Shown here in pieces: positions 18,107-26,491 of a stretch of DNA of 64,000 bases. The stretch comes from Chitinophagales bacterium (GTDB lineage: Bacteria > Bacteroidota > Bacteroidia > Chitinophagales > JADIYW01). Location: the NCBI GenBank assembly GCA_020636535.1, contig JACJXT010000011.1:712680-776679 (forward strand). Direction: 5' to 3'. The notes below the pieces were generated by a model. It searched no databases. It had not been told where the DNA came from and saw nothing but the letters and a program-made list of their open reading frames with translations. Positions within the stretch are counted from its first letter, which is position 1. Each line of letters begins with the position of its first letter. The translations under genes were made by a program, and so were the position numbers.

Positions 18107-18250
18107 AAAATTTATTTTGTTAGTAGTTTATAATTTAAAGTTAAGCATAATTTCTAATTTCTGCTCAAATATTTAAATAACAAACTTATTTAAAAGTTTA
18201 CTTAACATTTGCATACCAGTATTGGCAAATTTTAGTATTACATTTAAACT

Positions 18251-19597
18251 ATGATTACAGAATCAAAAAGTATACCACAAATTAAATTAAACATCTTTAA
18301 TTTCTTAAATGAGTTTACTGGTAACAATAGAATTAATTTTTTAGCAGAGCAAGAGGCAAAGTATGGCAATATTTTTGCTATTAATATTCCAAGAAGACAA
18401 ATTATTATTACTACCAATCCTGATAATGTAAAACATATAGTTGTAGACAATAATAAAAATTATACTAAAAGTTTTGCTTATGATGCTATTCGTGTTTTTT
18501 TAGGAAATGGATTGTTAACTAGTGAAGGTGAGTTTTGGAAAAAACAAAGGCGATTGGCACAACCTGCTTTTCATAAACAGAAACTCAATTTGATGTTTCA
18601 GAATATGTTACAGCAAACACAAAAGTCGGTGAATATTTTAGAGCAGTATGCTGATTCAAATCAATCAATAAATTTGACTAAAATATTGTATGATTTAACA
18701 TTAAATATTGTAAACAATACTTTGTTTTATAATGAGATAGAAAGCACTACAGATATGATTTATCATTATGTATCTCAAGGTAATGAGTTTATATCGGATA
18801 GAATTGATAATCCACTGCGATTGCCTGATTGGTTGCCAACGCCTGTTAATCTTAGAGAAAAAAGAGCATTGAAATCGATGAATGCACTTTTTTATGACAT
18901 CATTAATAGAAGAAGAACGCAAAAAGCACAACACGAAGATTTATTGTCGATGTACATGGACGCTATTGATGAAGAAACTGGCGAAGGCATGAGCAATCAG
19001 CAATTAAAAGATGAAATTTTAACCATATTTGTAGCAGGTCATGAAACAACACAAGTAGCTTTAGCTTGGATATTTTATTTGTTGAGTCAAAATCCTGACA
19101 AAGCCAAAATCTTACAAGAAGAAATAGATAAAGCAGACATCATTAATAATCCAATGGAAATTATGCATTTGTCTTATTTGAAAATGGTAATTCAAGAAGC
19201 CATGCGTATTTATCCACCAGCTTGGATTTTTGGTAGAAAAACAATAGAAGAAGATGAGTTGTCTGGTTTTGAAATAGGTAAAAAAGTAAATGTAGTAATG
19301 CCAATTATTTTAATTCACAGAAATAAAAACCATTGGAACAATCCGATGCAATTTATACCAGAACGATTTGAAGATGGCAAATCTAAAGAGCGACATAAAT
19401 ATACTTATATGCCATTTGGTGGTGGCCCCAGATTGTGTATTGGCAATAATTTTGCCTTACAAGAAATGCAAATTGTATTGGCATTATTTTTAAAATACTT
19501 TAGGTTTGATATAGATAAAACATTTCAACCAGAAATGGAACCAATGGTAACACTACGCATGAAAAATGCATTGTATGCCAAGGTATATAAAAGGTAA
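18251..19597 (+). CDS. Cytochrome P450 (CYP4/CYP102-like sequence features)
   Basis: 448 aa with heme-thiolate loop FGGGPRLCIGNNFA, I-helix FVAGHETT, an ExxR region and EGEFWKKQRRLAQPAFH. Confidence 0.9.
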   Translation: MITESKSIPQIKLNIFNFLNEFTGNNRINFLAEQEAKYGNIFAINIPRRQIIITTNPDNVKHIVVDNNKNYTKSFAYDAIRVFLGNGLLTSEGEFWKKQRRLAQPAFHKQKLNLMFQNMLQQTQKSVNILEQYADSNQSINLTKILYDLTLNIVNNTLFYNEIESTTDMIYHYVSQGNEFISDRIDNPLRLPDWLPTPVNLREKRALKSMNALFYDIINRRRTQKAQHEDLLSMYMDAIDEETGEGMSNQQLKDEILTIFVAGHETTQVALAWIFYLLSQNPDKAKILQEEIDKADIINNPMEIMHLSYLKMVIQEAMRIYPPAWIFGRKTIEEDELSGFEIGKKVNVVMPIILIHRNKNHWNNPMQFIPERFEDGKSKERHKYTYMPFGGGPRLCIGNNFALQEMQIVLALFLKYFRFDIDKTFQPEMEPMVTLRMKNALYAKVYKR

Positions 19598-19620
19598 ATT
19601 GAAATGTTGAAATAAAAAAG

Positions 19621-19986
19621 TGGAGCTGGCGAGAGTCGAACTCGCGTCCGGACAAACCTCAAATAAGCTTTCTACATACATAGTAATAACTTAATTGTAG
19701 AGCAATTGTAAGTGTTAATACTGACTAAGCAATTGCCTTAGCTTCTGTGTTTCATCTTTTCATCGAAGCAATTAAAAAGACTATCCTAATTTAATGATGC
19801 TCAAGATAAAAGTGTTAGGAGAACTCTTAAATGAACAAAGGTTGTCTAAAATCTAATTTTAGGCAGCCATAGCGAAATTATTGTCGCCATATAAAAAAGT
19901 TTCATGCATTAATGTTAACGAACCAATTGCACAAAGCTCGATATGCTTACTTACCTGCAAATCTGCCGTCAATTCCAGGCAGCCCC
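19621..19986 (-). ncRNA. ssrA: tmRNA (SsrA), tag peptide GDNNFAMAA
   Basis: Minus strand starts GGGGCTGCCTGGAATTGACGG and ends CCGGACGCGAGTTCGACTCTCGCCAGCTCCA (T-arm plus acceptor). The acceptor stem has the G3:U alanine identity pair. Internal frame GGC GAC AAT AAT TTC GCT ATG GCT GCC TAA lies at 19888-19859. CCA is not encoded. Confidence 0.85.
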
Positions 19987-20070
19987 ATAAATCAATGAAC
20001 TTGTTATTGTAATAACAATTGAAGTGCAAAAATAGTTCCAATTATTGAAAAAGAGAAATAGTTTGTGACT

Positions 20071-20484
20071 TTATATTGTCTTAGATAAATATTCTTTTGC
20101 CGTTAATATAGGTAGTTTGGCTTTTTTAAAGTCTTTTTTGTTTCTTGTAATAATAATATCAATCTGATTTTCAATAGCTGTATAGTATTGCAGACCATCT
20201 TCAAAATCATCAATAATCGTACTACTTAAAGCTAATGCAATAACTTTTTGGTCTAAATTTAAAATATCAACTAATACATTAAATTTGGCTAAAATATTTT
20301 TGGCTTCTTTTTGAGATTTTAATTTAGATATAATATAATGAGTATTGGCAATAGTTAATGAAGAAACTACTAATTGAACTAATCCTTTGTCTGCAAGTGA
20401 AAATAATTCTGCTGCTTCTTGATAATGTTCTCGTTTAGCTAATAAATCAATAACAATATTAGTGTCAATTAATAATTTTGTCAT
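20071..20484 (-). CDS. vapC: PIN-domain toxin (VapC family)
   Basis: 137 aa with N-terminal LIDTNIVIDLL acidic PIN motif and later conserved acidic residues. 4-nt overlap with the upstream small gene. Confidence 0.8.
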   Translation of the reverse strand: MTKLLIDTNIVIDLLAKREHYQEAAELFSLADKGLVQLVVSSLTIANTHYIISKLKSQKEAKNILAKFNVLVDILNLDQKVIALALSSTIIDDFEDGLQYYTAIENQIDIIITRNKKDFKKAKLPILTAKEYLSKTI

Positions 20485-20726
20485 TTGTGTTTTTCTAGTA
20501 GATGTTCTGCGTAAATTTCTTTTTCATTAAAATCACTAGGCAACTCAATTACGCCACTTAGACTCTTTATTAAAGGAGTTATTTCCTCTTTTTTATTAGT
20601 GCTTTTTGTTAAAGCATTAAGATAAGATTCTATTAGTTTAGATAAACTAATATTATTTGATTTTGCATAAGATTTTGCTTTATCAATTACACTTTCATTT
20701 AAACTTAATGTCAATTTCTTATCCAT
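20481..20726 (-). CDS. Putative antitoxin of the VapC toxin
   Basis: 81 aa, immediately upstream of and overlapping the PIN gene. Size and position fit a type II antitoxin; no strong motif. Confidence 0.55.
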   Translation of the reverse strand: MDKKLTLSLNESVIDKAKSYAKSNNISLSKLIESYLNALTKSTNKKEEITPLIKSLSGVIELPSDFNEKEIYAEHLLEKHK

Positions 20727-20810
20727 AAAAAAAGTTTTCCGTATAAAAATAAAAAATTTTTACGGAAAAGTAAATCTTAAAATTGTTAATTTAGGTTTAT
20801 CTAAATATTC

Positions 20811-22688
20811 CTATCCCACCAAATCTTCCCATTCTTTCATGAGTGATGCTAGTTTCTCTTTGGCTTGCATAAGTTCGTTTACCGTAGCTTCGTCGTAGTT
20901 GCTAGCAATTTTTGCTTCTAATGATTGAATATTGGTTTCTGCTTGTTCTATTGCTTGTTCTATCTTGTTGATACTATTTTTGATTTGTTTTTCTTGCTTG
21001 TCTATTGGTTTATTAGTAGTAACAATAGTATCTGTTTTTTTAATATCTATTTCTTCTGTTTCAAAAGCTCTAAAATCTGCAATTTTCTTCTCTTCAAAGA
21101 AGTTTTCTATATCGCCAAAATATTCTTTCACTGTACCATCGGTAAACTCAAAAACTTTGTCTGTTAGACCAATTAAAAAATCTCTGTCGTGCGAAACAAT
21201 AATTACAGTGCCTGGATATCTTTTAATACTTTCTTTCAAAACATCTTTAGAACGAATATCTAAGTGATTGGTTGGCTCATCGAGAATTAAAGTATTACTT
21301 GGTTGCAACAATAGTTGAGCTAAACAAACTCTGGCTCTTTCTCCACCACTCAACACACTAATTTTTTTATCTACATCTTCGCCACTAAACATAAAAGCAC
21401 CTAAAATATTTCGTACTTGTAAACGAATATCGCCTTCTGCTAATTGATCAACCGAATCAAAAACAGTTAGATTTCTAGGTAATGCTTCTGCATGATGCTG
21501 TGCAAAAAAGCCAATTTCTATATTATAACCTAAATCTAAATTGCCACCACTTTTTTCAATTTCGCCAACAATAATTCTTGCCATAGTGGTTTTTCCCATT
21601 CCATTCTTTCCTATGAAAGCTACTTTTTGTCCGCGTTCTATTTCAAAATTCACATCACTCAACACTTGTTTCTCACCATAGCTTTTAGCTAATTTTTCAG
21701 TTTTTACTACTACTTTTCCACCTTGGTGTCCAATAGGAAAATCAAAACGCATTGATTTAGTATCTACTTCATCAATTTCTACCAAATCCATTTTGTCTAA
21801 TTTTTTAATTAAACTTTGTGCAAAAGATGCTTTACTTGCTTTAGCTCTAAATCGTTCAATATTGCGTTCAATCTGCTTAATTTGGTCTTGCTGATTGTTA
21901 TAAGTTGCAATTTGTTGAGCTCTTCTTTCTATACGCATTTCCAAATACTTAGAGTAATTGGCTTTGTACTCATACATTTTTCCCAACTCAATTTCTATGG
22001 TTTTATTGGTGATGTTGTCTAAGAAAGATTTGTCGTGCGACACCATCATGATTGCACCTTGATAGTTTTGTAGAAAACTTTCTAACCACAAAATAGAATC
22101 GATATCTAAGTGATTGGTTGGCTCATCTAATAAAATTAAATCTGGTTGCAACAATAAGATTTTAGCTAACTCCAAACGCATTGCCCAACCACCACTAAAA
22201 GTACTTGGAGCTTTATCGAAATCGCTTCGCTTATAACCCAAACCTTTCAATACTAATTCTGTTTGTCTGTCCTTGTCATCAGCGTCTATATGAGATAAAT
22301 GATCTAATAAATCAACATATTGTTGCGATAAATCTAAGTATTCATCAGAACTATAATCGGTTCTTTGCTCTAATTCTTTTTGAATATCATCTACTTTTTG
22401 TTGAATAGCATTGATTGTTTTAAAAGCAATTTGAGCTTCTTCCCAAACTGTTGGCGATTGCTGTTGACGAATTTCTTGTGTTAGAAAGCCGATAGTAAAA
22501 TTTTGAGGTTTGCTAATATTTCCACCATCAGTAGAAATTTCGCCATTAATTAATTTAAGTAGCGTAGATTTTCCTGCACCATTTCGTCCAACTAAACCAA
22601 TTCTATCTCTTGGTTGAATGGTAAAATTGATATTTTCGAACAGCGTTCTACTACCAAAGTGCAGCGATACATTATTAATTTGTAGCAT
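20811..22688 (-). CDS. ABC-F family ATPase (YheS/Uup-like) with C-terminal coiled-coil extension
   Basis: 625 aa with two ABC cassettes (GRNGAGKST, FSGGWAMR, LILLDEPTNHLD; GKNGMGKTT, LSGGERAR, LILDEPTNHLD) and a Q/E/K-rich C-terminal tail. Confidence 0.85.
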   Translation of the reverse strand: MLQINNVSLHFGSRTLFENINFTIQPRDRIGLVGRNGAGKSTLLKLINGEISTDGGNISKPQNFTIGFLTQEIRQQQSPTVWEEAQIAFKTINAIQQKVDDIQKELEQRTDYSSDEYLDLSQQYVDLLDHLSHIDADDKDRQTELVLKGLGYKRSDFDKAPSTFSGGWAMRLELAKILLLQPDLILLDEPTNHLDIDSILWLESFLQNYQGAIMMVSHDKSFLDNITNKTIEIELGKMYEYKANYSKYLEMRIERRAQQIATYNNQQDQIKQIERNIERFRAKASKASFAQSLIKKLDKMDLVEIDEVDTKSMRFDFPIGHQGGKVVVKTEKLAKSYGEKQVLSDVNFEIERGQKVAFIGKNGMGKTTMARIIVGEIEKSGGNLDLGYNIEIGFFAQHHAEALPRNLTVFDSVDQLAEGDIRLQVRNILGAFMFSGEDVDKKISVLSGGERARVCLAQLLLQPSNTLILDEPTNHLDIRSKDVLKESIKRYPGTVIIVSHDRDFLIGLTDKVFEFTDGTVKEYFGDIENFFEEKKIADFRAFETEEIDIKKTDTIVTTNKPIDKQEKQIKNSINKIEQAIEQAETNIQSLEAKIASNYDEATVNELMQAKEKLASLMKEWEDLVG

Positions 22689-22691
22689 GAA

Positions 22692-23045
22692 TTATATATT
22701 TTTTCTATCACTTTCTTCCCAAGCTCTTGTTTTATCAGCTAAATCCATACAAAATTGTTTCATACTTTCTTGTACATAAGGATTTTGTGTTGCTTGATGA
22801 TAAGTATTTGAAAGATTAAGTAATATTTGAAAAAAGTGCGTATGCATTTCGTCGATTTGCATATCTTTTGTCCATAAATTAATAGACAATGTATTTTTTT
22901 CTTCACCATCCCAAAGATTCACCATCATCGATTTCGCTTTGTCGCCATCGCCTTGTGGACCATCAGTTGCTGTCCAAGAAATTTGTTCTGGTAAATTATT
23001 ATCGTCTAAGTTTACTTTAAAGTTCACTTCTGTTTGCCTTGCCAT
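22692..23045 (-). CDS. gldC: Gliding-motility protein GldC homologue
   Basis: 117 aa. ...LPEQISWTATDG...INLWTKDMQIDEM... matches my recollection of the GldC family. 3-nt gap to the downstream ABC-F gene. Confidence 0.6.
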   Translation of the reverse strand: MARQTEVNFKVNLDDNNLPEQISWTATDGPQGDGDKAKSMMVNLWDGEEKNTLSINLWTKDMQIDEMHTHFFQILLNLSNTYHQATQNPYVQESMKQFCMDLADKTRAWEESDRKNI

Positions 23046-23058
23046 TGTAATTTTTTTG

Positions 23059-23066
23059 CAAAGGTA
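23059..23066 (-). promoter_or_regulatory. Candidate -7 promoter box (TACCTTTG) for gldC/ABC-F
   Basis: The minus strand reads TACCTTTGCAAAAAAATTACA then ATG. The 18-mer is identical to that at 5663-5680. Confidence 0.4.
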
Positions 23067-23138
23067 CGCAATCGTTATTTTATTACGATTAAAATAGTAT
23101 TAAGTAGCTTTTGAAGCCATGCAGTGATAATTAACAGA

Positions 23139-23208
23139 TTTTTGCGGTGAATAATTATTATAATCTCCGCAAAAATACGGTGAATAAGTTATATATTTAC
23201 CGCAAAAT
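23139..23208. promoter_or_regulatory. Interleaved inverted/direct repeats upstream of fic (candidate operator)
   Basis: TTTTTGCGG (23139-23147) is the reverse complement of CCGCAAAAA (23167-23175), and CCGCAAAA recurs at 23200-23207. CGGTGAATAA occurs at 23145-23154 and 23178-23187. Confidence 0.35.
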
Positions 23209-23216
23209 ATTTGGTT

Positions 23217-24314
23217 ATGGCTAAGTATATATATCAATACAAGGATTGGTATCATTTTAAATGGAATGATAATGATGTTCAAGTTATTTTGGGAAAAGTT
23301 AGACTGTTACAAGGTAAAATATTAGGACAAATGCAAGGTTTGGGTTTTTCAATACAAGAAGAAACAATGTTGTCTGCTTTAACACTAGATGTTTTAAAAT
23401 CATCAGAAATTGAAGGCGAAATATTAAATTATAAGCAAGTGCGTTCTTCTATTGCAAGACGATTAGGCATAAACTATGCAGGAATGATTCATGCTGATAG
23501 ACATATTGAAGGTGTTGTGGAAATGATGTTAGATGCAACACAGAATTATAATCAACCACTTCTTGAAGAAAGAATTTTTGCTTGGCATGCGGCTTTATTT
23601 CCAACTGGTTGGAGTGGAATGCATAAAGTAAAAGTAGGAGCTTATCGTGATGGCGAAATGCAAATTGTATCTGGACCAATGGGAAAGGAGAGAACACATT
23701 ATACTGCACCACCAGCTAATATAGTTAAACATGAAATGAATATTTTTTTGAATTGGATTAATACAGAAAATAAAATTGATGGTGTATTGAAAGCCGCAAT
23801 TGCACATTTTTGGTTCATTATTATACATCCATTTGATGATGGAAATGGTCGTATTGCTAGAGCCATATCAGATATGTTGTTGGCTCGTTCTGAAGATACT
23901 TCTCAACGATTTTATAGCTTATCTAATCAAATATTAATAGAAAAGAAAACATATTATAAAGTTTTGCAAGAAGTTCAGTATCATAAAAATGATATAACAG
24001 CATGGTTAATTTGGTTTCTAAATTGTTTGTATAATTCATTACTTAATACCAAAACAACTTTAAATAAGGTGTTACAAAAAAATATGTTTTGGGATAAGCA
24101 TAAAAATACAGTTTTAAATAATAGACAAAGATTAATGTTAAATAAATTGCTAGATGGATTTAAAGGAAAATTAAAAACTTCAAAATGGGCAAAGATTACA
24201 AATGCATCAACAGATACTGCACTAAGAGATATTAAAGATTTAATAGAAAAAGGTATTTTAAAACAAGAAGAACAAGGAGGAAGAAGTACTAATTATATAT
24301 TGATAGGTAATTAA
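23217..24314 (+). CDS. fic: Fic family protein (AMPylase-type), class II with N-terminal inhibitory motif and C-terminal wHTH-like region
   Basis: Fic motif HPFDDGNGRIARA. N-terminal SSEIEG fits the inhibitory (S/T)xxxE(G/N) motif. ATG at 23217 is preferred over the TTG at 23211. Confidence 0.85.
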   Translation: MAKYIYQYKDWYHFKWNDNDVQVILGKVRLLQGKILGQMQGLGFSIQEETMLSALTLDVLKSSEIEGEILNYKQVRSSIARRLGINYAGMIHADRHIEGVVEMMLDATQNYNQPLLEERIFAWHAALFPTGWSGMHKVKVGAYRDGEMQIVSGPMGKERTHYTAPPANIVKHEMNIFLNWINTENKIDGVLKAAIAHFWFIIIHPFDDGNGRIARAISDMLLARSEDTSQRFYSLSNQILIEKKTYYKVLQEVQYHKNDITAWLIWFLNCLYNSLLNTKTTLNKVLQKNMFWDKHKNTVLNNRQRLMLNKLLDGFKGKLKTSKWAKITNASTDTALRDIKDLIEKGILKQEEQGGRSTNYILIGN

Positions 24315-24319
24315 TTTCT

Positions 24320-25006
24320 TTATTTTCTCAACTGTAAAAATACAAAAATAACTAAGCATAAAAAGTTGAGTACTACAGATAATGAAAAGATTTCATTCAT
24401 TATACCATAGTTGAAATAAGCTATAATGAGCAATATTGAACAAGCGATTTGTAGTAGACCTATAATTTTTCCTAACCACTTTTGTTGAAAAAAGAATGGT
24501 GCAAATATTAAAAATACGCTGGCAATACTCGACCATTTTAACCATGTAAACAATTGTAGAAAAGCTAATGGTACTTCAAAGTTTTTTGTAGGATGTAAAT
24601 TGGTAATTTGAAACAGCTGTAAGTTTTCTAATGCATCAAATAAAATAATTAAAAAACAAAGTATATAGACAATATACATAGATTTATATTGTTTTCTTTG
24701 ATAGATGCCTATTGCAATACAAAGCAAAAAGAAACTATAAATAAACATAAAAGCAAAGTCAATTTGATTGCCTAAGTTAAATGCTTGTTTGTATGCAACA
24801 ACATCGTTTACTTCGAATAGGTGATGTACACTAGCAGTATCTTGTATAAATTCGTAAGCAATAATTGGTGTGTAAAATCCATTAGGTAAATTATTTTCTA
24901 GCTTTGGATTGATAAACATCAAAATCAAAGAAGTGATGATTAATAATATGCCAAATATTGTAGCTAATTTAAATCCGCTAACTTTCATTGCTATAAAGAT
25001 ACACAA
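24320..25006 (-). CDS. Multi-pass membrane protein, unknown function
   Basis: 228 aa with about 6 hydrophobic segments. 2-nt gap to the upstream esterase gene. Confidence 0.5.
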   Translation of the reverse strand: MCIFIAMKVSGFKLATIFGILLIITSLILMFINPKLENNLPNGFYTPIIAYEFIQDTASVHHLFEVNDVVAYKQAFNLGNQIDFAFMFIYSFFLLCIAIGIYQRKQYKSMYIVYILCFLIILFDALENLQLFQITNLHPTKNFEVPLAFLQLFTWLKWSSIASVFLIFAPFFFQQKWLGKIIGLLQIACSILLIIAYFNYGIMNEIFSLSVVLNFLCLVIFVFLQLRK

Positions 25007-25008
25007 AT

Positions 25009-26397
25009 TTAAAATTTAGTAAAACGACTAACATAGTTTGTTGTACCATCGTAAACATTGACGATATAATAACCATTACTCAACTTTTGAATATTTATTG
25101 GTACAGCATTGTAATTAGCAGACATAACTAAATTACCTACACTATTATATATAGTATAATTTAATAATTTATTTGTAGGAATATCTAATTGTATAAATTG
25201 CTGAGTTGGATTTGGATATATACTAAATGGAAGTGTCGTTTTATTTTTAATAGAGGATACCACTGCTTGTTCATCATAAATAGTTGACCAATTAACAAAT
25301 CCACTACTACAAATACTTGCTACTGCAAATTTATATGAATTATTGGTATCTAAAGTAATATCTACACTATTGCTAGTGCTTTCTAAAAATGTTATATTAT
25401 CTGATGAGTCTATTATAGCAATTCTATAGTTATCTACATTTTCAATTAATGTCCAATTGATAGTATAATTATTTATATTTTTTTCTACATCAACAATAAT
25501 AGGTTGACTACATTGTACGCTACTAGGAATTTTATTTTGTTGAAAGAAATTCCAACTCTCTTTTGTCCAACTAATATCTTGATTGGTTTTTCCTAAAATA
25601 CCCAAGAACACATTATCTGCACCAGCCCAAGTATGTCCACCACTAATCATTTTATAAAACGAAGTAGTTACATTATCATTACAGTCAGTATAAGTATATC
25701 GTACTGCTCTACTTCCATCAGTAGTATTGGTATTGGGTAATGTGTCGATAATTACATTATTATTACAATTATTGGTTATTTGCCAAAATGATTTGATGCT
25801 ATCAATTCCTGGAAAATTTAAAGGTATGCCATTGTATGGTGTAATTGGATCTGCTGAACCATTACAAGCAATTAAAGGAAAAGCTCTTGCAGGAACACAG
25901 GTTTCAATATTATCATATATCATTGAAGCTACTAATGGTGCAATAGCCGCAAAACGATTCGTAGCATCGCAAGCTAGTTTGTAACTCATAAAACCACCAG
26001 CAGAATATCCAGTAGCATATACTTTTTCTAGATTGATATTGTATAGCAAGTGCATTCGGTCGATGAGTTCGCTTAAAAATCCAACATCATTTACATCAGA
26101 TTCAATAAAGAAAAAAGTACCAGAATTCCATCTCGCATCAATTCCGTTTGGATACACCACAATACACCTTGCTGTATCTGCTAATGCATTGTATTTGGTA
26201 TAATTCATCTGAAAACCACCATTTTGAGTGAAACCATGCATATTAATTACTAGTGGTAGATTTTCATTAGGAGAGAAGTTTTTAGGAAGATAGACAATAT
26301 AGTTTCTAACTCTGTTTTCAAATTGAAACTGTCCGTATTGTTGAGCATGAATATTGCCAACAAGTAATAAGAATAATAGTGTAAATATATTTTTCAT
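25009..26397 (-). CDS. Secreted esterase (PHB depolymerase/feruloyl esterase-like alpha/beta hydrolase) with T9SS C-terminal domain
   Basis: 462 aa with signal peptide and nucleophile elbow GYSAGGFMS. C-terminal SIYPNPTQQFIQL...NGYYIVNV sorting domain. Confidence 0.7.
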   Translation of the reverse strand: MKNIFTLLFLLLVGNIHAQQYGQFQFENRVRNYIVYLPKNFSPNENLPLVINMHGFTQNGGFQMNYTKYNALADTARCIVVYPNGIDARWNSGTFFFIESDVNDVGFLSELIDRMHLLYNINLEKVYATGYSAGGFMSYKLACDATNRFAAIAPLVASMIYDNIETCVPARAFPLIACNGSADPITPYNGIPLNFPGIDSIKSFWQITNNCNNNVIIDTLPNTNTTDGSRAVRYTYTDCNDNVTTSFYKMISGGHTWAGADNVFLGILGKTNQDISWTKESWNFFQQNKIPSSVQCSQPIIVDVEKNINNYTINWTLIENVDNYRIAIIDSSDNITFLESTSNSVDITLDTNNSYKFAVASICSSGFVNWSTIYDEQAVVSSIKNKTTLPFSIYPNPTQQFIQLDIPTNKLLNYTIYNSVGNLVMSANYNAVPINIQKLSNGYYIVNVYDGTTNYVSRFTKF

Positions 26398-26457
26398 AAT
26401 TGTTTAGTCATTGGTTATTTTTTGTAGTCATTAGTCATTGAGTTATTTGTTTTTAAT

Positions 26458-26477
26458 GTCAGAAGGAAACTTCTGAC
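26458..26477. repeat. Perfect 8-bp hairpin with GAAA loop (GTCAGAAG-GAAA-CTTCTGAC)
   Basis: Read directly. Lies just downstream of the ICMT-like gene stop and is preceded by tandem TAGTCATT-containing repeats (26405-26450). Confidence 0.5.
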
Positions 26478-26491
26478 AGCACAGAAAGTCA

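Noticed and set aside
20001-20018. Palindrome TTGTTATTGTAATAACAA as terminator of vapBC
   Set aside because: The effective loop is only 2-4 nt and no U-tract follows on the minus strand. It could equally be a protein-binding site, so it is mentioned under the TA finding and not called as a feature.
19859-20041. 60-aa ORF on the minus strand (…LYGDNNFAMAA)
   Set aside because: It lies entirely within the tmRNA and its promoter region. Its C-terminus is simply the tmRNA tag frame read through, so it is not a protein gene.
16243-20070. Classical integrase-mediated genomic island at the tmRNA
   Set aside because: There is no integrase or recombinase gene, and by eye there is no direct repeat of the tmRNA 3' end (GTCGAACTCGCG...) in the flanking spacers. 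Only a weaker claim of accessory genes next to ssrA is retained.
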